Origin: Candidatus Tanganyikabacteria bacterium
GTDB taxonomy: Bacteria > Cyanobacteriota > Sericytochromatia > S15B-MN24 > VGJW01
Direction: 5' to 3'
Assembly (NCBI GenBank): GCA_016867235.1
Contig: VGJY01000001.1
Span: 4,038-68,037, forward strand
DNA: 64,000 nucleotides
The notes under the pieces: model-generated
The model's database searches: none
Told to the model about the DNA's origin: nothing
What the model saw: only the letters and a program-made list of their open reading frames with translations
Program-made: the position numbers and the translations under genes
Shown here: in pieces, positions 42,687 through 52,860 of the stretch
How the letters are laid out: every line of letters starts with the position of its first letter
How positions within the stretch are numbered: the first letter of the stretch is position 1

Positions 42687-45600
42687 ATGTCGCATGCATC
42701 CCGGAATGCTCGGCGCGCGCGTTTTCTGGCAATCGGCGCCGCGATCGCCGCGGTCGGCCTGGCGGCCGGCCTCGCCCTCTGGAGTCCCCACGGGACGGCG
42801 GCTCCCACCCCCGGCAAATCGCCCGAAGTGCACCTCAAGCTCGACGATCGCTGGAAGCTGGTAGACAAGCTCATCGAGGAGCAGAAGTTCGAGGCGGCGG
42901 CCAAGGAGGTCCGGGGCATCCTGACCGCGGCCAAGGCGACCGGGGACCAGGCGCAGTGGACCCGCGCGCTGATCCGCGAGGTGCAGTTGCGCATGGGGTT
43001 GCACGGCTACGAGACCGCCGTCCGTTTCCTCAAGGAAGAGCCGTGGCCCGAGGCGCCGTTGCACCGGACGACGCTGAACCTGTTCTACGGCCACGCGCTC
43101 GTGCAGTACGCGCAGGCCTATGCATGGGAAATCGGCAAGCGCGAACGCGTCGCCGCCGCGGGGCCGGTGGACCTCAAGAAGTGGACCCGGGAACAGATAC
43201 ACGACGCGGCGGCGGCGGCATACGCCCACGCGTGGCGGGATCGGGTCGCGCTGGGGCGCGAGCCTGTGGGGCGGCTGGCCGAATACCTCTCGCCAAACGA
43301 CTATCCGGCCGGCATCCGCGGGACCTTGCGCGATGCGGTCACCTACCTGTTCGTCGAGTTGCTGGCGAACTCGGGCGGGTGGACGCCCGAGCAGGCAAAC
43401 GACCTGTTCAGGCTGCCGCTCGCCGACCTCATCGCCGGCGACCCGGGCAAGTCGGCGGCAATCGACCCCGCCAACCCCGCGGTGCATCCGCTCCTGCGCG
43501 TCGGGGCGCTCCTCGACGATCTCGAGAGCTGGCACCGCGAGCGGCGGAGCGCCGAAGGTGCCCTGGAGGCGCGGCTCGAGCGCTTGCGCCGGCTGCACGC
43601 CGCTTTCGATCTGCCCGCCGACCGCGAGCGGATCACCGGGCACCTGCGCCAACGCCTGCCGGCGTTCCGGGGCGTGCCGTGGTGGAGCATGGGCATGGCG
43701 ACGCTCGCCGAGTTCGTGCAGGCCGAACCGGTCGCCGATAACCTGGTGCGGGCCAGGCAGATCGCGATCGAGGGCCAGCGAGCCTACCCCGATTCGGTCG
43801 GCGGGCAGCGCGCCAACCACATCGCCCGGCGCATCGAGGCGCCCGACTTCCAGGTGACGGCCATGGCGGCCGACGGGCCCGGTCGGCGGAGTGTGCTGGT
43901 CAGCCACCGCAATCTGCCCGAGTTGCACTTCCGGGCGTATCCGGTCGATTTCGAGGCGCGCCTGGCCAGGACCGTGGAGAGCGGCCTCCTGCCGAGCTAC
44001 CGCGATCTCGAGCAGATCGTCCGGGGGCAGAAGCCCGCGCACGCCTGGCGGGTGAAGCTCCCCGCGACGCCCGACTTCAAGGACCATCGCACCTTCGTCA
44101 CGCCGCCCATGGCCAGCCCGGGCGTGTATGTGGTGGCCGCCTCGGCGCGCGCGGATTTCGGCTCCGGGGACAACCGGGTGATGGCGGTCAACGTCAACGT
44201 CACGGACCTGGTCATGCTGTCCCGGGAAGACGGTGAGGGCGGTTTGGCGGTCACCGTGCTGTCGGGCCGGACGGGCAAGCCGGTCGCCGGGGCGACCGTG
44301 TCCCTGTACCGCTACTCCTGGCGCAAGCCGCCAGAGCGCATGCGCCGCGACCGCACCGGTGAGGACGGCGAGGCGGCCTTCCCGTGGCAGTCGCGGGAAG
44401 ATGTCGGCGAGTCGAAGTTCCTGGTGGGGCGGCTGGGAGAGCACCTGGCGCTCGACCAGAGCTATTTCTCGCTCTACAAGCCTTCGGCTCCCACCGAGTC
44501 GGATGCCGCGCTGATCTACACGGATCGGAGCATCTACCGGCCCGAGCAGGAAGTGCGCTTCAAGATCGTGGCGTTCCGCGGCCGCGGCGACCAGGCCCGG
44601 TACCGCACGCTGCCGGGCCGCGACCTGCGGGTGTCGCTCTACGACGCCAACGGCCAGGAGGTGGACGGGAAGAAGGTCCGTACCAATCGCTACGGCACGG
44701 CTTCCGGCATTTTCCGCGTACCGGCCGGCCGCGCGCTCGGCCAGTGGCATGTCGCCACGTCGGTCGGCGGCTCGCAGTACGTGCGCGTCGAGGAGTACAA
44801 GCGGCCGACTTTCGAGGTCAAGCTCGAGGATCCCGAGGCCGCGTTGCGGCTCAACAAGCCGGCGACGGTGGCGGGCACGGCGCGCTACTACTTCGGCCTG
44901 CCGGTCACTGCCGGGAGCGTGCGCTGGCGCGTCACGCGCGAACCGGTGTATCCCTGGTGGTGGGACTGGGACTGGTGGGGAGCGGGCCAGGGGCGGTCCG
45001 GGGCGCAGGCCATCGCCGGGGGCACGGCGACGCTGGGCGCGGACGGCAAGTTCAAGTTCACCTTCACGCCCGAGGCGGACGAGCGCGCGGCCAAGGGCCT
45101 GTCATACCGGTACGCGGTGGCGGCCGACGTGACCGACGAGGGCGGCGAGACGCGATCCGCCGACCGGGCCTTCCGGCTCGGCACGGTGGCGATCGAGGCC
45201 GCATTTCGCACCGACGCGGCCTTCTTCCGGCCCGACGCCACCGGCGCGATCGTCGTCACCCGCACCGATCTGGACGGCGTTCCGCGGGCGGGAAAGGGCT
45301 CCTGGCGCCTGATCGCCCTGCGGCAGCCCGCCGCGGCGACATTGCCCGCCGACATGTCCCGCACGGCCGGTCCCGCGGCCGACGGGTCCGAGCAGGCGGG
45401 CGACACCGAGGAGGCGGACGGCGAGGCCGATCCGGACGAGCCGGGCGAGACCTCGGCCGGACCGGGTGCGCCGCTGACCAAGGGCGACCGGTTGCGAGCG
45501 CGCTGGGAGACGGGCTACGGCGCCGAGGCCGCGTTGCGGCGCTGGGCGGATGAAAAGCAGCTTTCCCGGGGCGACCTGGCGCACGGCGCCGACGGCGAGG

Positions 45601-48600
45601 CCCGGGTGGCGATCGAGGGCCTGGCGCCCGGCGCCTACCGCCTCCGCTACCGCACCGAAGATCCGTACGGCGCGACCTTCGAGGCGGCCAGGGAATTCGT
45701 GGTCGCGGGCGCGCCGATGGCCCTGCCGGCCGTGCTCATGGCCGAGCATTCCGCCGTGCCCGTCGGCGGCACGGCGCGGATCCTGGTGGCTTCGGGGCTC
45801 CCGGACCAGGTCCTGCTCTTCGATCTCTACAAGGCGGGCAAGCTCGTGCGCCGGCAGCGGCTGGCTTCCGGCCGCGAACGGCACGTCGTCGAGATCCCCG
45901 TGGGCGAGGGGGACCGCGGCGGCTTCGGCGTGAAGCTGACGGTCCTGCGCGATCACCAGCTCATGACCTTGACGCAGGCGGTCTTCGTCCCGTGGGACGA
46001 TAAGCAGCTCCAGGTGTCGTTCTCGACTTTCCGCGACAAGCTCCGGCCGGGCGGGCGCGAGACATGGAAGGTTACGGTCAAGGGGCCGAAGGGCGCGCCG
46101 GTGGAAGCCGGCGGGGCCGAACTGCTGGCCTACATGTACGACCGCAGCCTCGACCTCTTCGCACCCCACGCGCCCGCCGACCCCCTGGCCCTTTACCCCA
46201 ACCGCACGGGCGTTTCATGGGCGCGGGCCAGCCTGGGGAGCGTGTCGCCGCAGTGGCTCTGGAGCGATTTCGCCGGGTTGCCCTACTACCCGTCGCTCTC
46301 GGGCGATCGGCTGATCTTCTTCGACAGCTACGGCATCGGCGGCCCGGGGTACCGCCACGGCGGCTACCGGCTGCGATCGGCCATGCCGATGGCGCCGGCC
46401 CCGGCCGGCGCGCCCGCGATGGAGGCGGCCGACCGCATGGAGCAGGCGCCGGCCCGGAAGGCGGAGAGCCGCAGCGACCGGAACGGGGAGGACGAGCGCA
46501 AGTCGACCGAGGGCGACAAGACCAAGGGGTTTGGCGTGGCGTCCGGGCGCGGCCAGGCCGAGGGTCCGCAACCGGCGCCGCTGCGGAGCAACTTCGCCGA
46601 GACGGCTTTCTTCCAGCCCCACCTCGAGGTGGACGAGGACGGCGCCGTCGGCTTCGAGTTCGAGGTGCCCGATTCGGTCACCGCCTGGAACGTGTGGGTC
46701 CACGCGATCACCGCCGACCTGAAGGGCGGCGCGGTGCGCAAGGAGGCCCGGAGCGTCAAGGACCTGATGGTGCGGCCGTACATGCCGCGCTTCCTGCGCG
46801 AGGGGGACAAGGCCGAGTTGCAAGTGGTGGTCAACAACGCCACCGACAAGCCGCTGACCGGCCAGGTGACGCTGGACATCGTCGATCCCGACTCGGGCGC
46901 CAGCATCCTGGGCGAGTTCGGTCTGGCGGGAGCGAAGCCGCTCGCATTCAAAGCCGCCGCCAAGGGATCGGGCAAGGTCTCCTTCCCGATCGCCGCCCCG
47001 AAGCGAGTACGGCCGGCGGCATTCAAGGTGGTGGCCCGGGCGGGCGACGATTCGGACGGCGAACTGCGGCCCCTGCCGGTGCTCCCGGGCCGGATGCATC
47101 TGGCCCAGTCCCGGTTCGTGACGCTGCGCGACGTCGAGAAGCGGGACATGGTCTTCGCGGACATGGCCGCGGCCGGCGCGGATCCGAGCCTGGTGCACGA
47201 CTCGCTCGTCGTCACCGTGGATGCGCAACTCTTCTACCAGGTGCTCGAAGCGTTGCCGTACCTCATCGAGTACCCGTACGAGTGCACCGAGCAGACCATG
47301 AATCGCTTCGTCTCGACGGGCATCGTGTCCTCGGTCTTCGAGCAGTTCCCGGCGATCGGGAAGATGGCGGCCGAGTTCGCGAAACGCGAGACGCAGTACG
47401 CCTCTTGGGCCGACGACGACCCCAACCGCAAGCTGACGCTCGAGGAGTCGCCATGGCTGCGCATCGCCAGGGGCGGCAGCGGCCAGGACAAGGGCCTGGC
47501 GAAGATCCTCGATCCGCGCATCGCGCGGGCCACCCGCGACACCTCTCTGGCCAAGCTCCGGCAGGCGCAACTGCCGTCGGGCGCCTTCCCCTGGTGGGCC
47601 GGCGGCCCGCCGTCGCCCTACATCACGCTCTACCTGATGCACGGCTTCGCCAAGGCGGTCGAGTTCCAGGTGGACGTGCCCAAGGACGTGGTACAGCGCG
47701 GCTGGAACTACCTGGCCGACGAGGTCCGCAGGGACATGCAATGGGCCTTCGCGCACGACTGCTGCTGGGAGTTCTTGACCTTCGTGAACTACGTGGCGAG
47801 CTCGTATCCCGACCAGTCCTGGACCGGCGATGCGCTCACCGCCAAGGAGCGCAAGCAGATACTCGACTTCAGCTTCCGGCACTGGAAGCGCCACTCGCCC
47901 TACCTCAAGGGCTACCTCGCCCTCACGCTCAAGCGCATGGGCAGGCCAGCGGACGCGAAACTGGTCTGGGACGGCGTGATGGATTCCGCGAAGACCACCC
48001 GCGACGAAGGCACCTCGTGGGCGCCCGAGGATCGCGCGTGGCTCTGGTACAACGACACGATCGAGACCCACGCGTACGCCCTGCGGACGCTCATGGAACT
48101 CGAGCCGCGAGACGCCCGGCGCGACGGCATCGTCCAGTGGTTGCTGCTCAACAAGAAGCTCAACCACTGGAAGAGCACCCGCGCGACGGCCGAGGTCATC
48201 TATTCGCTGGTCCACTATCTCAAGGCCGAGAAGCAACTGGGCATCCCGGAGCACCTGGCGGTGCAGGTCGGCCCGCGCTCGCAGGAGTTCCGCTTCGATC
48301 CCGAGAAGTACACGGGCAAGAAGAACCAGGTCGTGGTGCCGGGCGCAGAGGTCGACCCGAAGACCATGCACAAGGTCGTCGTCTCGAAGACGACGAAGGG
48401 CTTCGCCTTCGCCTCGGCGACCTGGCACTATTCCACCGAGAAGCTCCCGGCGGCCGACCGGGGTGATCTGCTCGGCGTCAACCGGAGCTACTTCCGGCGC
48501 GAGCACACGTCCGGAGGGTGGGTGCTGCGGCCATTGCAGGAGGGAACCAAGGTAGCCGTGGGCGACCAGGTGGAAGTGCACCTGTCCATCCGGGCCCGGC

Positions 48601-48905
48601 ATCCGGCCGAGTACGTCCACCTGCGCGATCCGCGGCCGGCGGGCTTCGAGCCAGACTCGCAGCTCTCGAAGTGGAAGTGGGATCTGGGGTTGGCCTGGTA
48701 CGAAGAGATCCGCGACAGCGGGACCAACTTCTTCTTCGAGGCCCTGCCCCAGGGCGAGTACACGCTCAAGTACCGCCTGCGCGCCGCCATGCCCGGCACC
48801 TTCCGGGTCAGCCCGGCAACGCTCCAGTCGATGTACGCCCCCGAGTTCAACGCCTTCTCGGCGGGAACCATCGTCGGCGTCGCCGGGTCGGGAGATCAGC
48901 AATAG
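42687..48905 (+). CDS. Bacterial alpha-2-macroglobulin family protein (~2070 aa) with thioester motif
   Basis: Thioester site EYPYECTEQTM; MG/A2M domain organisation; N-terminal signal/anchor MSHASRNARRARFLAIGAAIAAVGLAAGLALW. Confidence 0.85.
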   Translation: MSHASRNARRARFLAIGAAIAAVGLAAGLALWSPHGTAAPTPGKSPEVHLKLDDRWKLVDKLIEEQKFEAAAKEVRGILTAAKATGDQAQWTRALIREVQLRMGLHGYETAVRFLKEEPWPEAPLHRTTLNLFYGHALVQYAQAYAWEIGKRERVAAAGPVDLKKWTREQIHDAAAAAYAHAWRDRVALGREPVGRLAEYLSPNDYPAGIRGTLRDAVTYLFVELLANSGGWTPEQANDLFRLPLADLIAGDPGKSAAIDPANPAVHPLLRVGALLDDLESWHRERRSAEGALEARLERLRRLHAAFDLPADRERITGHLRQRLPAFRGVPWWSMGMATLAEFVQAEPVADNLVRARQIAIEGQRAYPDSVGGQRANHIARRIEAPDFQVTAMAADGPGRRSVLVSHRNLPELHFRAYPVDFEARLARTVESGLLPSYRDLEQIVRGQKPAHAWRVKLPATPDFKDHRTFVTPPMASPGVYVVAASARADFGSGDNRVMAVNVNVTDLVMLSREDGEGGLAVTVLSGRTGKPVAGATVSLYRYSWRKPPERMRRDRTGEDGEAAFPWQSREDVGESKFLVGRLGEHLALDQSYFSLYKPSAPTESDAALIYTDRSIYRPEQEVRFKIVAFRGRGDQARYRTLPGRDLRVSLYDANGQEVDGKKVRTNRYGTASGIFRVPAGRALGQWHVATSVGGSQYVRVEEYKRPTFEVKLEDPEAALRLNKPATVAGTARYYFGLPVTAGSVRWRVTREPVYPWWWDWDWWGAGQGRSGAQAIAGGTATLGADGKFKFTFTPEADERAAKGLSYRYAVAADVTDEGGETRSADRAFRLGTVAIEAAFRTDAAFFRPDATGAIVVTRTDLDGVPRAGKGSWRLIALRQPAAATLPADMSRTAGPAADGSEQAGDTEEADGEADPDEPGETSAGPGAPLTKGDRLRARWETGYGAEAALRRWADEKQLSRGDLAHGADGEARVAIEGLAPGAYRLRYRTEDPYGATFEAAREFVVAGAPMALPAVLMAEHSAVPVGGTARILVASGLPDQVLLFDLYKAGKLVRRQRLASGRERHVVEIPVGEGDRGGFGVKLTVLRDHQLMTLTQAVFVPWDDKQLQVSFSTFRDKLRPGGRETWKVTVKGPKGAPVEAGGAELLAYMYDRSLDLFAPHAPADPLALYPNRTGVSWARASLGSVSPQWLWSDFAGLPYYPSLSGDRLIFFDSYGIGGPGYRHGGYRLRSAMPMAPAPAGAPAMEAADRMEQAPARKAESRSDRNGEDERKSTEGDKTKGFGVASGRGQAEGPQPAPLRSNFAETAFFQPHLEVDEDGAVGFEFEVPDSVTAWNVWVHAITADLKGGAVRKEARSVKDLMVRPYMPRFLREGDKAELQVVVNNATDKPLTGQVTLDIVDPDSGASILGEFGLAGAKPLAFKAAAKGSGKVSFPIAAPKRVRPAAFKVVARAGDDSDGELRPLPVLPGRMHLAQSRFVTLRDVEKRDMVFADMAAAGADPSLVHDSLVVTVDAQLFYQVLEALPYLIEYPYECTEQTMNRFVSTGIVSSVFEQFPAIGKMAAEFAKRETQYASWADDDPNRKLTLEESPWLRIARGGSGQDKGLAKILDPRIARATRDTSLAKLRQAQLPSGAFPWWAGGPPSPYITLYLMHGFAKAVEFQVDVPKDVVQRGWNYLADEVRRDMQWAFAHDCCWEFLTFVNYVASSYPDQSWTGDALTAKERKQILDFSFRHWKRHSPYLKGYLALTLKRMGRPADAKLVWDGVMDSAKTTRDEGTSWAPEDRAWLWYNDTIETHAYALRTLMELEPRDARRDGIVQWLLLNKKLNHWKSTRATAEVIYSLVHYLKAEKQLGIPEHLAVQVGPRSQEFRFDPEKYTGKKNQVVVPGAEVDPKTMHKVVVSKTTKGFAFASATWHYSTEKLPAADRGDLLGVNRSYFRREHTSGGWVLRPLQEGTKVAVGDQVEVHLSIRARHPAEYVHLRDPRPAGFEPDSQLSKWKWDLGLAWYEEIRDSGTNFFFEALPQGEYTLKYRLRAAMPGTFRVSPATLQSMYAPEFNAFSAGTIVGVAGSGDQQ

Positions 48906-48941
48906 GTGAGAGGGAGCCCCCGGGGCCCCAAAAAGAAAGGT

Positions 48942-48964
48942 GGAGGGACCTCGGGGGTCCCTCC
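48942..48964 (-). terminator. Rho-independent terminator for the minus-strand carboxypeptidase gene (9-bp GC stem followed by a T-rich run on the minus strand)
   Basis: ggagggacc-tcggg-ggtccctcc; the minus strand continues acctttcttttt. Confidence 0.4.
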
Positions 48965-49065
48965 GGGCTACCTAGTGCCTTGCTGCGTTGAAACTGCGAC
49001 GGTTACGACAACTGCGGGAAGGTTTCGAGAGGTGCGGGATGTCGCACTAGGAGATTTTTAAAAGC

Positions 49066-50532
49066 TTACCGTGACCAGGCCACTTCCGTCGGACCCCAGG
49101 GGCCGTTGCCGACCCGCGCGCGGACGTAGACGAGCCGCTTTCCGCCGGTTGTAGGTAGTTTCCCCGCAATTTTGCTTCCGGTGCCGGGAGCCGCCGGCCG
49201 GTCCACGAAGGCCTCCACGGTCGCGCCGTCGGGGGCCGTGACTCGCCCATCGGCGGCCACCTTGACCTCGGGCCCGAAGACGGCGCCCGGGTTGTCGGCG
49301 GTCTTGAGCAGGTAGCGGGCACCTGGCTCGCTCTCCTTCCAGAACGTGGCGACGCGGCTGTAAGGTGGATCGAAGCCGTCGCCCCACGAGCCCATCTCGG
49401 TCGTGTAGGACAGGATGCCCTGCTGGCCGAAGGCCCAGTCGGTGGTGTCGCCGCTGGTGCGGTAGAGATCCTTGCTCTGCTGCGGCTTGTAGCCCGAGAG
49501 CTGGCCAAGCTTCTTGCCGATGGCCGGGAGCCGGCCGTCCGGCGGCGGATCGTCGGTGTAGCCCCAGGGCCACAGGATCAGGTTGGAAAAGCTGTGGTAG
49601 GTCATCAGGTAGGTGAACTTCCGCGAGCTCACCAGCTTCATCACGGCCTGCACCTCGGGCTCGGAGCCGGCGGCCTTGCCGCGGTAGGTCGGATCGTCTG
49701 GCCGAGTGGACGCGCCGCCCTCGCCCCAGTGGTAGGCGTAGTTGCGATTGAGGTCCACGCCGGGGCCATAGGCGCCCCAGAACACGTTTACCAGGCTGGT
49801 CTCGGGATCGGTGTTCTTGCGCCAGTCCTCGCCCTTGGCGGCGCGGGCATGCCCGTCGGGATTGACCATCGGCACCACCCATATGTCGCGGTTTTCCACG
49901 GCGGCGGTGACCTCGGGATCCTTGCCGTAGCCGTCCACGAGCATCTTGGCGACGCCCAGAGCGACTTCCGGCGTCGCTATTTCGCGGGCGTGGTGGCAGG
50001 CGAGGAAGACCACGCCGGGCTTGTCGGCGGCATCGCCCTTGCGGATGTGCAAGCCCCAGATGCGGCGGTCGGCCTTGCCCTTGATGGTCTCGTACGTGGG
50101 GCCGAGGTCGACCAGTTCGGCGATCTGGTCGCCCTTGGCGGCCAGGCTCTTGAGGTCGGCGAGCATCGTGTCGTAGGTGTGATAGCCCTTGTCGAAGTTG
50201 TTGAAGGTGCGGAGGCGATCGGGAGCGGGCTGCACGTTGATGCCCAGCCCCTTGACCACGCCGAGCTGGCCCTTCGTGAGCGTGCCGAACGCCCGCTTTG
50301 CCGCTTCGTCCACGCCCCAGACGTCCATGCCGGCGTCGGCGAGCTTCGTGAGGACCCCGGCGTCTTTGTAGTCGACGGCCACGCGGACCACGTCGCGGCC
50401 TTTCGCGAAGGCGGTCTCCAGCCAGGCGGTGTCGACCCCTTGTACGCGGGTCTGCACCGGCAGGCCGCAGCCGGCGACGATTCCGAGGGTGGCGGCAGCC
50501 GCAGACAGGGACTGCCAGGCTCTCCGGGTCAA
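49066..50532 (-). CDS. M14-family zinc carboxypeptidase, lipoprotein
   Basis: M14 motifs HAREIATPE and HSFSNLILWPWGY; TTG/CTG start at 50532 gives MTRRAWQSLSAAAATLGIVAGCG (lipobox). Confidence 0.8.
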   Translation of the reverse strand: MTRRAWQSLSAAAATLGIVAGCGLPVQTRVQGVDTAWLETAFAKGRDVVRVAVDYKDAGVLTKLADAGMDVWGVDEAAKRAFGTLTKGQLGVVKGLGINVQPAPDRLRTFNNFDKGYHTYDTMLADLKSLAAKGDQIAELVDLGPTYETIKGKADRRIWGLHIRKGDAADKPGVVFLACHHAREIATPEVALGVAKMLVDGYGKDPEVTAAVENRDIWVVPMVNPDGHARAAKGEDWRKNTDPETSLVNVFWGAYGPGVDLNRNYAYHWGEGGASTRPDDPTYRGKAAGSEPEVQAVMKLVSSRKFTYLMTYHSFSNLILWPWGYTDDPPPDGRLPAIGKKLGQLSGYKPQQSKDLYRTSGDTTDWAFGQQGILSYTTEMGSWGDGFDPPYSRVATFWKESEPGARYLLKTADNPGAVFGPEVKVAADGRVTAPDGATVEAFVDRPAAPGTGSKIAGKLPTTGGKRLVYVRARVGNGPWGPTEVAWSR

Positions 50533-50720
50533 GTTCGCACCTCCGCGCACGATCGCGTAATCCGCTCCCACGTTCCGATCGAGTTTAGGTCCATTTGAAG
50601 GGAAAGTAAAGAGGAAGTTAAGAGGATGGATGGTCGGGGGCGGAGGGGGACAGCCGGCGCCAGTCACAGCGGGAAACCCGGCGCCCGGGTTAGAATGGGC
50701 GCGAGGAGCCGATCAACTTC

Positions 50721-51710
50721 TTGCTGGACAACGCCATCCTCGAAGCAAACGAGCGCGTCCGCGGCGTCGCGGAGCGCTTCTCCGAGATCATCGGGGAGGT
50801 TCGGCGGGTTATCGTGGGCCAGGCGGCCCTGCTTGACCGGCTGCTGATCGCCCTTCTGGCCGACGGGCACATCCTGCTCGAGGGCGTGCCGGGGCTGGCC
50901 AAGACGCTCAGCATCAGCACCCTGGCGCGAGTCATGCAGGCCGAGTTCAGCCGCATCCAGTTCACGCCGGATCTGCTGCCTGCCGACATCCTGGGCACGT
51001 CCATCTTCGACGCCAAGAAGGGCCGTTTCACCACCAAGCGCGGCCCGATTTTCGGCAACCTGGTGCTGGCCGACGAGGTCAACCGCGCGCCCGCCAAGGT
51101 GCAGAGCGCCCTCCTCGAGGCGATGCAGGAGCGGCAGGTGACGATCGGCGGCGAGTCGATGCCGCTTCCCGACCCCTTCCTGGTCATGGCGACGATGAAC
51201 CCGCTGGATCAAGAGGGGACCTACGCCCTGCCCGAAGCGCAACTCGACCGCTTCATGCTCAAGGTGCGGGTCAGTTATCCCAGCAAGGCCGAGGAACTCG
51301 AGATCATCGACCGCATGAGCACCCGCACCGACGTTCGGCTTGAGAAACTGGGCACGCCCGACCTGGTCCTGGAGGCCCGGCGCCTGGTCGACGACATCAT
51401 CGTGTCGGACAAGATCAAGAAGTACGTCGTGGACCTCGTCTTCGCGACGCGCTTCCCGAAGGAAGCGGGCTTCGACGATCTGGCCGGTCTCATCGCCTAC
51501 GGCGCTTCCCCGCGCGCCAGCATCTACCTGACCAAGGCCGCCAGGGCGCACGCCTTCCTGCGCAAGCGGGCCTACGTCCTGCCCGACGACGTCAAGGCGG
51601 TCTGCGCCGACGTCCTGCGTCACCGCATCTCGCTCACCTACGAAGCCGAGGCCGAGGATGTCTCGGTGGAAGCCGTCATCCGGCGCATCCTGGCCATGAA
51701 GGTCCCGTGA
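50721..51710 (+). CDS. moxR: MoxR-family AAA+ ATPase
   Basis: Walker A LLEGVPGLAKT, Walker B LADEVNR, sensor motifs; TTG start after a GAGGAG RBS. Confidence 0.9.
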   Translation: MLDNAILEANERVRGVAERFSEIIGEVRRVIVGQAALLDRLLIALLADGHILLEGVPGLAKTLSISTLARVMQAEFSRIQFTPDLLPADILGTSIFDAKKGRFTTKRGPIFGNLVLADEVNRAPAKVQSALLEAMQERQVTIGGESMPLPDPFLVMATMNPLDQEGTYALPEAQLDRFMLKVRVSYPSKAEELEIIDRMSTRTDVRLEKLGTPDLVLEARRLVDDIIVSDKIKKYVVDLVFATRFPKEAGFDDLAGLIAYGASPRASIYLTKAARAHAFLRKRAYVLPDDVKAVCADVLRHRISLTYEAEAEDVSVEAVIRRILAMKVP

Positions 51711-51834
51711 GTTCTTCTCCGGCTACCCTTTCACCCGTACGCGAGCACCACGCCGGGCAGGGATGCCCGGCGAACCGTCATGGACGGCACTGCGGGGGGG
51801 CTCGGGGGGGCGGCACCCCCCCGAGAAGGCGACA

Positions 51835-52860
51835 ATGAGCCCCGAACCCAGGGATTTCCGCCGCCGCCCCGGGCCGAAGAGCGGTACCGGGCCTCTCGCA
51901 TTCAAGAAGGCGGCCAGGCGCGCCGGCCAGGCGGGGCGCATCGTCACAGGCACCTCGGCCGCTCAGGCGACTCCCGAGAGCGTGGCGCGGCGCATCCGCC
52001 GCCTGGAGATCCGCACCGATCGCCTGGTCAGGACGATCCTGGGCGGCGAGTACCGCAGCGTCTTCAAGGGGCGGGGCATGCAGTTCGACGAAGTGCGCGA
52101 GTACCAGGAGGGCGACGATCCACGCACCATCGACTGGAACGTCACGGCCCGCATGGACCGCCTGTTCGTCAAGAAGTACGTGGAAGAGCGCGAGCTCACG
52201 GTCATCCTGGCGGTCGACATCTCGGCGAGCCTCGATTTCGCCACGGCGGGAGAGGATCTCAAGCGCGACCTCGCGGCCAAGTTCGCGATGGCCATCGCGT
52301 TGACGGCGATCGCCAACAACGACCGCGTGGGCCTGTTCCTGTTCACCGACGGCACCGAACGATTCATCCCCCCGCGGCGCGGCCGCACCCACGGCCTGCG
52401 GCTCATCCGGGACATGCTGGCCTACCGGGCGCGCGGGCGGCAGACCGACTTCACCGCGGCCGCCGGCGCCCTCGCCCGCTTGCTCTGCAAGCCCGCCACG
52501 GTCTTCGTTTGCTCGGATTTCCTCGCGTCGGACCTCGACGCCCTCAAGCGCCTCACGGGCAAGCACGACGTCGTTGCCGTCACCCTGGCCGATCGCGCCG
52601 AAGAGGACTTGCCCGAACTCGGTCTGGTGGAGTTCCGGGATCCCGAGACCGGCCAGCAGATCGTCGTCGATACCGGCGACCGGGGGGTGCGGGAGCACTA
52701 TCGCGAGAAGGCGCAGGCGCGGCGGCGGCGGCGCCAGGCGGCATTCCGCGCCATGGGCGTCGACGAGGTCGAACTGTACACCCACGAGTCGTTCCTGCGA
52801 CCGCTGTTCGCGTTCTTCCGGCAGCGGGGGTCGCGGCGGGTGCGCCGGCGGGCCCGATGA
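51835..52860 (+). CDS. DUF58 domain protein (MoxR-associated, VWA-like)
   Basis: DUF58 core DDPRTIDWNVTARMDRLFVKKYVEERELTVILAVDISASL; follows moxR. Confidence 0.8.
   Translation: MSPEPRDFRRRPGPKSGTGPLAFKKAARRAGQAGRIVTGTSAAQATPESVARRIRRLEIRTDRLVRTILGGEYRSVFKGRGMQFDEVREYQEGDDPRTIDWNVTARMDRLFVKKYVEERELTVILAVDISASLDFATAGEDLKRDLAAKFAMAIALTAIANNDRVGLFLFTDGTERFIPPRRGRTHGLRLIRDMLAYRARGRQTDFTAAAGALARLLCKPATVFVCSDFLASDLDALKRLTGKHDVVAVTLADRAEEDLPELGLVEFRDPETGQQIVVDTGDRGVREHYREKAQARRRRRQAAFRAMGVDEVELYTHESFLRPLFAFFRQRGSRRVRRRAR

Noticed and set aside
46215-48902. 895-aa minus-strand ORF antisense to the alpha-2-macroglobulin gene
   Set aside because: Shadow ORF; the plus frame has the CTEQ thioester motif and A2M domain architecture.
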